A program made the translations under genes and the position numbers. A DNA stretch of 24,551 nucleotides from a virus (lineage: Duplodnaviria; Caudoviricetes), in the IMG/VR virus record IMGVR_UViG_3300017785_003850, positions 1 through 24,551 of that record, one strand, 5' to 3'. Shown here piece by piece: positions 1 to 5,705 of the stretch (the first letter of the stretch is position 1; every line of letters starts with the position of its first letter). The notes beneath the pieces are model-generated. The model saw only the letters and a list, made by a program, of their open reading frames with translations, ran no database searches and was not told the DNA's origin.

Positions 1-144
1 GAAGTCATGGCCGAACTGAAAGGCCGGGGATATGACGGTAAGGCGTTTCGTGAAGTGATCCGCCTGCGGAAAATGAAGCCGGACGCGCTGGCAGAGTTTG
101 AGGCTGTTGTCGAATTGTATCGGCCTGCGGCGGGGTTGGCGTGA
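1..144 (+). CDS. GapR/DUF2312-family nucleoid-associated DNA-binding protein (3' part, truncated by window edge)
   Basis: Frame 1 reads EVMAELKGRGYDGKAFREVIRLRKMKPDALAEFEAVVELYRPAAGLA*, matching the alphaproteobacterial DUF2312/GapR pattern (KGRGYD.K..R.II.LRK...E.EA..E.Y). Not in the ORF track. Confidence 0.85.
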   Translation, partial: EVMAELKGRGYDGKAFREVIRLRKMKPDALAEFEAVVELYRPAAGLA

Positions 145-638
145 TGGAGCTTAGAATTGATGGGATGATTGACGGTCAAATTGCCATTACCAAATACGGG
201 TATGAAGGCTTTGGCGACGCCCCTGCATCGCACCGTTGGCGCGCGTGGTGGTCGGCAGGAACTGGGGATTGGCGGGATGGGCTTGGCATTGAGTTGCGGT
301 GTTACCCTGTCGTCAAGCCAACCGGCGCTGGGGATTGGGTCGCCCATCATGCCTATTGGAATGGGGCCAACTGGAAGAATATCACTGCCGCAAAGCTGGT
401 AATGAATGGCAGCGGAAGCGCATGGGCAAAGCCGACCCAAGAATTTGCCGTTCGCAGCCTAGCTGTCCGGTTGTCGCGGTGGTTCGAAATTCAGCGCAAT
501 TCAGTGCATAGATTGAAGGCGGCAGCGGTTACACTGCAAAAGCTTCGCCCTGATTTGCCCGCCTATCATGAAGGCATCTTGGACACTTTTTCTGGCGTCG
601 AAATCCCGCAATCCACATACTTGTTCGACCCGCGATGA
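141..638 (+). CDS. hypothetical phage protein
   Basis: 165-aa ORF overlapping both neighbours by 4 nt (GTGA, ATGA), indicating translational coupling. Confidence 0.75.
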   Translation: MMELRIDGMIDGQIAITKYGYEGFGDAPASHRWRAWWSAGTGDWRDGLGIELRCYPVVKPTGAGDWVAHHAYWNGANWKNITAAKLVMNGSGSAWAKPTQEFAVRSLAVRLSRWFEIQRNSVHRLKAAAVTLQKLRPDLPAYHEGILDTFSGVEIPQSTYLFDPR

Positions 639-1048
639 AAGACCGAGCGCCGCGCCCTATTGTGAAACTGGCCGGGGGGCGATTGTCCCCCGTGTCGGCA
701 TGGGACAGCGAAGAATTATCCGCGTTCCAAGACGGCATGACCTTTGACATGATCCCGCGCAACAAGCGCACATTGCCGCTCCACCGCACCTATTGGCAGG
801 CGCTAACCAAGGCCATAGAGGCAACAGGGCGCTGGCAATCACGGGAAGCCCTGCATACTGCGCTAAAGGTCGCCATGGGGCTTGTGGAGCCTATCTATGA
901 CCTAAAGGGCAACGTGATGGGAATGCAGCCGCATAGCACGGCATTCGCTGCGATGGATCAAGGGGAATTCCGCGTGTATTTTGACGGGGCAATGGCCAAG
1001 CTTTCGGAAGCCGTGGGATATGATGCACTAGGGTTTCTGACTGAATAG
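635..1048 (+). CDS. DUF1367/NinB-like phage recombination-region protein
   Basis: Motifs R..LHR.YW, EALH..LK...G and S.AFAAMDQ.EF..YF resemble DUF1367-type proteins of lambdoid nin regions. Confidence 0.65.
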   Translation: MKDRAPRPIVKLAGGRLSPVSAWDSEELSAFQDGMTFDMIPRNKRTLPLHRTYWQALTKAIEATGRWQSREALHTALKVAMGLVEPIYDLKGNVMGMQPHSTAFAAMDQGEFRVYFDGAMAKLSEAVGYDALGFLTE

Positions 1049-1088
1049 TGTTTTTCTATTGACACTATTTTTCTGCCGTGCTTATGTA
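1044..1088 (+). promoter_or_regulatory. sigma70-type promoter with overlapping inverted repeat (operator or terminator hairpin)
   Basis: TTGACA at 1059-1064 and TATGTA at 1083-1088. Inverted repeat AATAGTGT (1044-1051) / ACACTATT (1062-1069) overlaps the -35 element. Confidence 0.6.
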
Positions 1089-1091
1089 AGC

Positions 1092-1202
1092 GAACCGGGC
1101 GAGGTTACAGCCTCAAACCCGGTTCTAACCGAAACCCGGATGCGACGGGTTCAGCTTGGCGCAAGCATAGCGCAAGCACCGTCGCACATGCAAGGATGCG
1201 AC
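1092..1202 (+). promoter_or_regulatory. structured 5' leader of the Cas7-like gene
   Basis: Hairpins GAACCGGG-c-GAGGT-taca-GCCTC-aaa-CCCGGTTC, AACCCG/CGGGTT, and GTCGCA(1181-1186)/TGCGAC(1197-1202) enclosing the AAGGA RBS. Confidence 0.5.
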
Positions 1203-1205
1203 AAA

Positions 1206-1964
1206 ATGGCAATCAAGAAAGCCGAAGCCGGAACGCTTCAAATCGACGCTCTCAAACAAGGGCGCGTTACCCTTACGCTTGTCGGTACCACACCGTTTTA
1301 CTTCAACGCGATGAGTGCGAAGGCCAAGCGGTCTTTGCTGATCGGCGGCGGGAAGAAAACGGCGGCAGAACGCAAGGAGCTTAAGCACGATCCCGAGGAA
1401 GAATTCCGTGACAGCGTATATCGCCTTCCTGGCGGGGAAACGCTTCTTGGCTTTCCTGCCCCCGGCGTAAAGGGCGCAATGGCCACGGCGGCGCTGGAGA
1501 CCCCCGGCGTTACCAAGTCCAGCGTCCAGCGGCTGCTTTTCCTGCCCGAACAGAAAATCCGCATGTGGGGAAAGCCGTTCCTGAAAATGGACGTTGTTCG
1601 CAGCGCCGATATGGCAAAAACCCCTGACATTCGGACGCGGGCATTTCTTCCACGATGGGTGGCAGAGGTCAATATCGCTTACATTTCGCCAACTCTTTCG
1701 GCTCATGCTATCGTTTCACTTCTGGCCAATGCTGGCGTGATCGTCGGAATTGGCGATTTTCGGCAAGAGAAGGGGCGCGGTTCGTTTGGCACCTTCGCCG
1801 TTACCGGGCCAGATGGTGGCGAATGGCACGACTTGATCCAAGAGATCAAGGCAGAAGGGCGCGCGGTTCATGAGGCCGCAATGGCGAACCCCGAGTGCGC
1901 AGATGAAGACACGCAAGCCCTTCTCGACATGCTCCATGAAGAGCGTGGTCGGCGGGCGGCATGA
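1206..1964 (+). CDS. stand-alone Cas7/RAMP-like RNA-binding protein (putative effector of the GGY-NN repeat system)
   Basis: Start re-assigned to ATG 1206 (AAGGA RBS upstream), giving 252 aa. N-terminal strand VTLTLVGTTPFYFN, FPAPGVKGAM (RAMP IP.S..KG-like), R...P.W strand, and C-terminal Gly-rich loop AGVIVGIGDFRQEKGRGSFGTF, all typical of RAMP-superfamily proteins. No other cas genes in the window. Confidence 0.8.
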   Translation: MAIKKAEAGTLQIDALKQGRVTLTLVGTTPFYFNAMSAKAKRSLLIGGGKKTAAERKELKHDPEEEFRDSVYRLPGGETLLGFPAPGVKGAMATAALETPGVTKSSVQRLLFLPEQKIRMWGKPFLKMDVVRSADMAKTPDIRTRAFLPRWVAEVNIAYISPTLSAHAIVSLLANAGVIVGIGDFRQEKGRGSFGTFAVTGPDGGEWHDLIQEIKAEGRAVHEAAMANPECADEDTQALLDMLHEERGRRAA

Positions 1965-1969
1965 AATTG

Positions 1970-1996
1970 GCGGGGGCGGTGAAGGCCGCCCTTCGC
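1970..1996 (+). other. GC-rich stem-loop at the 5' boundary of the repeat array
   Basis: GCG-GGGGCGGT-gaag-GCCGCCCT-t-CGC. No U-tract follows, so it is more likely a processing/stability hairpin than a terminator. Confidence 0.6.
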
Positions 1997-2253
1997 GGTC
2001 AAGGTATGGCAACGCAAGGCACGGACTGGAGAGTTATGGCGGTCGGGTTGAGGCGTGGCGTTGCTTGGTTAGGCTGGGCATGGCGGGGTCCGGTGCGGCG
2101 TGGTCGGTTAAGGCCCGGTTGGGCGGGGCACGGCGGTCTAGGACGGTCGGGCAAGCTTCGGCAGGTTGAGGCGAGGCGGGGCTGGCGAGTTCAGGCGGTT
2201 GAGGCGCGTTTGGTTGAGTAGCGGATAGGCATGAGCGGCAGGGTCAGCCGGTT
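1995..2253 (+). repeat. array 1 of GGY-NN pentamer repeats (putative guide ncRNA)
   Basis: Strict 5-nt period at 2001-2040 (8 units) and 2045-2134 (18 units, 15 of 18 triplets GGC/GGT). More degenerate at 2139-2196 and 2201-2249. Segments are delimited by (G)GCGGTY-like motifs at 1995, 2038, 2132, 2194 and 2247 (GCCGGTT). Confidence 0.9.
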
Positions 2254-2275
2254 AACAGAAACAAAGGAGACTGAA

Positions 2276-2776
2276 ATGGCATTTTCTAAAAAAGACCGGC
2301 AACGTATCATCGACGGATACCTTGCCAGCACGGGCCGGAACATGTTCATTGCAGCCGAATTCATCGACTGGCTTCAATGCCAGCCGGAACATGAGGCTTA
2401 TGACTTGTTCTTCGGCATGGATGACGAAGCCGCAGCACGGCAGCACCGGATCGACTTGGCTCGGCGCATGGCAAGCGGTTTGCGGATCGTGGCAACGGTA
2501 AGTCAGGCACCCGGAACGGGCAGCGTGGTGCAGATCACGACGCGGGAATTCCCGGCCTATGTTTCGCCGATGGCGGGGCGAAAGTCTGGCGGGGGCTATG
2601 AACCGTTTGATCCGGAAAGCGGCGAGGCTATGGCCGAACTGCAAGCCCAAGGCGCGCAATCATTGCGGGCATGGCTGGCACGGTATCGCGGCGCGGCGGA
2701 AAGCGCTGGCGTCGACGTGTCGCCGATTGAGGAAATCGTTGCGCAGCTTTCGCGCGATGTGGCGCTTGCCGGATAG
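2276..2776 (+). CDS. partner/accessory protein of the Cas7-like module (function unknown)
   Basis: Strong RBS AAAGGAGA before ATG 2276; 166 aa; motif FFGMDDEAAARQHRIDLAR and GGGY. Flanked on both sides by GGY-NN arrays. Confidence 0.8.
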   Translation: MAFSKKDRQRIIDGYLASTGRNMFIAAEFIDWLQCQPEHEAYDLFFGMDDEAAARQHRIDLARRMASGLRIVATVSQAPGTGSVVQITTREFPAYVSPMAGRKSGGGYEPFDPESGEAMAELQAQGAQSLRAWLARYRGAAESAGVDVSPIEEIVAQLSRDVALAG

Positions 2777-2876
2777 GCGGGCGCTGGGCAAGGCGGTCGA
2801 GGCGGGGTTTGGTAGGTTCAGGAAAGGCGAGGCGGTCGAGGCGGGGTCTGGTTGGTTTAGGAAAGGCGAGGCGGTC
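2777..2876 (+). repeat. array 2 of GGY-NN pentamer repeats: two 39-nt tandem units
   Basis: 2791-2829 and 2830-2868 are 36/39 identical. Structure is GGCGGTC-(NN-triplet)x6-NN-GGCGGTC, with GGCGGTC at 2792, 2831 and 2870. Confidence 0.9.
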
Positions 2877-2877
2877 A

Positions 2878-3258
2878 ATGGTCGATTTAGCAGGCCGCGG
2901 CCCGCTTGGCCAGAAGACCGGCAAGCCCGGCCCCAAACCCCGTAAGCCCATTCCCAAGATCAGCGCCAAGAAACGGGCGCACAAGGCCGCAGAGAAGGCG
3001 CTAGGGGCTTGGGAGCATATGGAGGCGGTCAAGGGCCTGCCGTGCATGGCCTGCGGCTGCTATGGGGTCGAGGTGCATCACGAAGGCAAGCCCCGGTCTG
3101 GCTTCAATGTGCTGCCGCTTTGCCCGCCACATCATCGGCGCGAATATGGGCCAGGGGCTTACCATTACTCGCCCAAGGCGTTCTATGTCGTGCATGGATT
3201 ATCGGCGGAGCTGCTAACACGGGTGGCGAAGATGCTTGAAGCGATGGGCGGGCGGTGA
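2878..3258 (+). CDS. Ref/DUF968-like HNH zinc-binding endonuclease
   Basis: Basic N-terminus, then CMAC..VEVHH..VLPLCPPHHR..G..AYH (CxxC...HH...PLCxxHH). Start taken at ATG 2878, directly after array 2. Confidence 0.75.
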   Translation: MVDLAGRGPLGQKTGKPGPKPRKPIPKISAKKRAHKAAEKALGAWEHMEAVKGLPCMACGCYGVEVHHEGKPRSGFNVLPLCPPHHRREYGPGAYHYSPKAFYVVHGLSAELLTRVAKMLEAMGGR

Positions 3259-3264
3259 TATTGT
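3236..3264 (+). promoter_or_regulatory. sigma70-type promoter for the downstream structured RNA
   Basis: TTGAAG(3236-3241)-N17-TATTGT(3259-3264) with TG extension at 3256-3257. Predicted +1 near 3271, where the first stem begins. Confidence 0.55.
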
Positions 3265-3270
3265 TATGCA

Positions 3271-3590
3271 GTGAGCGGCGGCGTCGTTATCATGGTCTTT
3301 CACGCTTCTGGATTGGGAAGTTCCTGGTCGAGCGCACCCAGAAGGGCGAGGTCGGGAGGTTGGTGGAATATCCAGCCGTAACCTTGGAAACCCGGACGCC
3401 GTAAAGGTTCTGCAGGACCGTGCCGCTCATAAACCGCTTTCTGGCGGTGCGTATGCGCTAGATCAAGCCCGCACTGCGTGTCGCGCGCATCAGGGTCTGG
3501 GGACGCACCACCAGAGCGCGGCCTCGTGGTGCAACACGACATGACTATGCGGCTCCACCCGCATTTGCAGCGCCGCGCTCTACCTTCCAC
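3271..3590 (+). ncRNA. candidate structured non-coding RNA (three consecutive multi-stem domains)
   Basis: Long-range pairings TGAGCGGC(3272-3279)/GCCGCTCA(3422-3429), TCTGG-c-GGTGCGT(3440-3452)/ACGCACC-a-CCAGA(3503-3515) and AGAGCGCGGC(3513-3522)/GCCGCGCTCT(3572-3581), each enclosing inner hairpins. No convincing ORF. Confidence 0.55.
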
Positions 3591-3595
3591 ATCAT

Positions 3596-3630
3596 AAAAA
3601 GGCCCGCCGCTGATCACTCAGGGCGGGCTA
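3596..3630. terminator. rho-independent terminator between convergent units
   Basis: AAAAAG-GCCCGCC-gctgatcactcag-GGCGGGC. The A-tract gives a U-tail on the - strand. Confidence 0.65.
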
Positions 3631-3664
3631 GTTGCGTGACGGGGGAGAGGACCGCCACAGGCAG

Positions 3665-3850
3665 TTAGGTGAGTGACGCGACCCAAGCCCCGCCCATAAC
3701 AATCGCAGCGAACAACGCGCCACGCCAAAACGCCCGAGACGCCATAGCTATTGCATCATCGCGCGTAACGAACTTGGTCGCAAGTGCACGAGGTGTTCCG
3801 CCGCTTGATCCACGGTCAGTGCCGGGTTCGCCGTATCCGCGTTGGGTCAT
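3665..3850 (-). CDS. small hypothetical membrane protein
   Basis: 61 aa with a C-terminal hydrophobic segment; ATGA-coupled to the upstream gene. Confidence 0.55.
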   Translation of the reverse strand: MTQRGYGEPGTDRGSSGGTPRALATKFVTRDDAIAMASRAFWRGALFAAIVMGGAWVASLT

Positions 3851-4038
3851 GGCGTCACCGGGGGCGGTGGAAGGGGCATCCAGTGGGTGGGTTCACCCAT
3901 CACTTGAATTGACCAGAAGCCACCATCCGATTCTTCCCACCATCCGACTTCTCGGCAGTAGTAAGGCCTATCGGCATTCCAAACGGCCAGCAAAATGCTG
4001 GCGTCTTTCGGCGCGGTCTCAATCGGTTGCCACGTCAT
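3847..4038 (-). CDS. DUF551-like phage protein
   Basis: MTWQPIETAPKD...PTHWMPLPPPP signature. Confidence 0.85.
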   Translation of the reverse strand: MTWQPIETAPKDASILLAVWNADRPYYCREVGWWEESDGGFWSIQVMGEPTHWMPLPPPPVTP

Positions 4039-4109
4039 GCGTCAATCTCCTCTGGCATGGGGGCCGGGTTGGCGGCGATGTTGATCAGGGTTTGCAGGGC
4101 GGCGGTCAT
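4035..4109 (-). CDS. 24-aa coupled micro-ORF
   Basis: MTAALQTLINIAANPAPMPEEIDA*, with ATGA overlaps at both ends. Confidence 0.4.
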   Translation of the reverse strand: MTAALQTLINIAANPAPMPEEIDA

Positions 4110-4303
4110 TGCGGAGGTTCCGGCAGAGGCATCCAGTGGGTGGGGTCCACAGAATTCCGCATCAACCCATAATAGCGGGCCATTTCCTTGTTCTGCGGCC
4201 ACGATGTCACATCATAAAACGCTTCTTCACCATCTTCCGCTGGGTAAAACGCAAGGAAATAATAGCCATCCTTCGGCGCTGTTTCAATCGGTTGCCAAGT
4301 CAT
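4106..4303 (-). CDS. DUF551-like phage protein (second paralogue)
   Basis: MTWQPIETAPKDG...PTHWMPLPEPP; start re-assigned to ATG 4303. Confidence 0.85.
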   Translation of the reverse strand: MTWQPIETAPKDGYYFLAFYPAEDGEEAFYDVTSWPQNKEMARYYGLMRNSVDPTHWMPLPEPPQ

Positions 4304-4434
4304 TCGCCCTTCTCCATCGCTGCAAGCAACAGATGCGCCTTGCACCAGGTCGCCAGCTTCAACGCGCGCAGATCTGCAGCCTTCTGCAACGTTCGCTTTT
4401 CGTCGTCGCTCAGTGTCAATTCAACCTTTGGCAT
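4300..4434 (-). CDS. small ribbon-helix-helix-like DNA-binding regulator
   Basis: MPKVELTLSDDEKRTLQKAADLRALKLATWCKAHLLLAAMEKGE*: alternating beta strand then two helices; GGAG RBS. Below the ORF-track size cut-off. Confidence 0.65.
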   Translation of the reverse strand: MPKVELTLSDDEKRTLQKAADLRALKLATWCKAHLLLAAMEKGE

Positions 4435-4454
4435 TTTTCGCTCCAGTGTGATTT

Positions 4455-4499
4455 TGCCTCTTTACTGTCCCGCCAACGTCGGGTAATGTCAACAGGCAA
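4455..4499. promoter_or_regulatory. overlapping divergent promoters
   Basis: + strand TTTACT(4461-4466)-N17-TAATGT(4484-4489). - strand TTGACA(4492-4487)-N17-GACAGT(4469-4464). Bounded by the inverted repeat TTGCCT/AGGCAA. Confidence 0.6.
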
Positions 4500-4515
4500 T
4501 CAAGGGAGAGACTGA

Positions 4516-4869
4516 ATGCAAAACCTCACACCACTTGCCGCTCTAGCCATCGTCCAGCAAATCGAAAAGGTTGCGGACACTGGCGAAGGCACTGACTTTG
4601 CCGGTTATGTAAACGGCACATTTCGGATTTTCGAAGCCCGCTTTTCCATAGAATGGGATAGCGAGGAACGCTACAGCGATACGCATTCATCCGGCTATGG
4701 CCGTTACCAGTTTTCAGTCTGCAAGCTTGTCGGGGCTTGGGCTTATGACAATGACGGGGCAATCGACATCGCAGGGAACCGTGCGGAAATCGTGTCAATG
4801 ATCGGGGATGCTCGGGTGTCCGATTGGGAAGCCGAACAAAACGAACGCGAAACGGAGGCGGGGGAATGA
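4516..4869 (+). CDS. hypothetical phage protein
   Basis: 117 aa, GGGAG RBS, first gene after the divergent promoter. Confidence 0.8.
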   Translation: MQNLTPLAALAIVQQIEKVADTGEGTDFAGYVNGTFRIFEARFSIEWDSEERYSDTHSSGYGRYQFSVCKLVGAWAYDNDGAIDIAGNRAEIVSMIGDARVSDWEAEQNERETEAGE

Positions 4870-5117
4870 GCATCTTTTCACGCCGCCAATCCGAGGTTTT
4901 GCGTCTTAGTGACGCCATCGCCCAGCTTGCCGAAGCGCAACGGGTTGAGCCGATCACCTTTGGCGACCGCTTCGCCGCTGTCTGCGATGCCTTGGACGGT
5001 GCCGACGAGGTGGAAGTTGCAGGAACGATCCGCGCGCTTCTGTCGCTGATCAAAACGCGGGGCTTGCGCCTTGAGGTGCTTGCCGCTGTGCAGGAAGATA
5101 CATGGGGTGATGTGTGA
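4866..5117 (+). CDS. hypothetical phage protein
   Basis: Start MSIFSRR at 4866 overlapping the upstream stop (ATGA). Confidence 0.7.
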   Translation: MSIFSRRQSEVLRLSDAIAQLAEAQRVEPITFGDRFAAVCDALDGADEVEVAGTIRALLSLIKTRGLRLEVLAAVQEDTWGDV

Positions 5118-5206
5118 TGATCCGTCGCGCGATTTTTGAAACCGCCGTTTTCGTGGTTGCCTTCGGGGCCGTGGTGTTTTTGGTTCTGGCGCAGGGAGGA
5201 ATGTGA
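5117..5206 (+). CDS. 29-aa single-TM peptide
   Basis: MIRRAIFETAVFVVAFGAVVFLVLAQGGM*, TGATG-coupled on both sides. Confidence 0.5.
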   Translation: MIRRAIFETAVFVVAFGAVVFLVLAQGGM

Positions 5207-5502
5207 TGACCGACTACAGCGACGGCAACTGGCACGGATGGAACGGCGGGGAATGCCCGGTGCATCCGAATTCGCGGATTGAAGCGCGGGAATGGAGCGG
5301 GACGCGATGGACCGCGGATGCCGGTGATTGCGACTGGACTTCGATGGCCTGGTGGTTCCGCGTCATCAAGGAACACCGCGAGCCGCGCGTGTTCTGGGTG
5401 AATGAGTATTCGAACAACGCGTTCGGCGATTTCAACACCACGAAAGAAGCCGCTGACTACCACTGCGACCGCATCGCCTGCCACCGCATCGTGATCGACT
5501 GA
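5206..5502 (+). CDS. hypothetical phage protein (WHGWNGGECPV motif)
   Basis: W..W.GGECPV motif common in phage accessory proteins; GGAGG RBS. Confidence 0.75.
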   Translation: MTDYSDGNWHGWNGGECPVHPNSRIEAREWSGTRWTADAGDCDWTSMAWWFRVIKEHREPRVFWVNEYSNNAFGDFNTTKEAADYHCDRIACHRIVID

Positions 5503-5594
5503 CCTCCCAGCTTGGCGCTTTCCTTGCGCCTGGCCAACTACACCGGCCACGCCAGTTCCCTGTGGCCGGGGGCTTTCATACAAGGATGGATGAG

Positions 5595-5705
5595 ATGGAC
5601 GATAAAGATGACGGCGGGCCAGCGTTTCCGAACCCCGCACTGGCCCACGAAGGCTTTTGCCCGTCTATTGAACAAGAGATCGTCTTTTCGGGGATTTTGA
5701 AATGA
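5595..5705 (+). CDS. short phage protein or remnant with DGGPAFP motif
   Basis: MDDKDDGGPAFPNPALAHEGFCPSIEQEIVFSGILK*, AAGGA RBS, ATGA overlap with the next gene. Confidence 0.45.
   Translation: MDDKDDGGPAFPNPALAHEGFCPSIEQEIVFSGILK

Noticed and set aside
1041-1070. Self-target of array segment 1 (AAnATnAAnAAnACnCTnGAnAT) in the module's own promoter, - strand
   Set aside because: The best alignment I found by eye matches only 9 of 16 specified bases in AT-rich sequence, which is not convincing. A full gapped scan of the window could not be done by hand.
1059-1205. N-terminal extension of the Cas7-like ORF from TTG 1059
   Set aside because: That TTG is part of the TTGACA -35 box, the region is hairpin-rich, and the RBS precedes ATG 1206.
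1961-2221. 86-aa ORF (and overlapping 1870-2169) across array 1
   Set aside because: The Gly/Arg/Ala/Trp-rich translation is a by-product of the 5-nt GGY-NN period, which does not fit codon structure. Better read as non-coding RNA, despite the ATGA overlap.
1995-2876. Canonical CRISPR array next to the Cas7-like gene
   Set aside because: There are no identical 25-40-nt repeats separated by unique spacers. Conserved and variable bases alternate every 5 nt, and no cas1/cas2/cas6 is present.
2809-2877. N-terminal extension of the HNH ORF through array 2
   Set aside because: It translates the repeat itself (GKARRS twice). ATG 2878 is the more plausible start.
3300-3617. 105-aa - strand ORF or tRNA gene in the structured intergenic region
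   Set aside because: The ORF has no RBS, begins inside the terminator and has atypical composition. No GTTCRA T-loop or cloverleaf was found.
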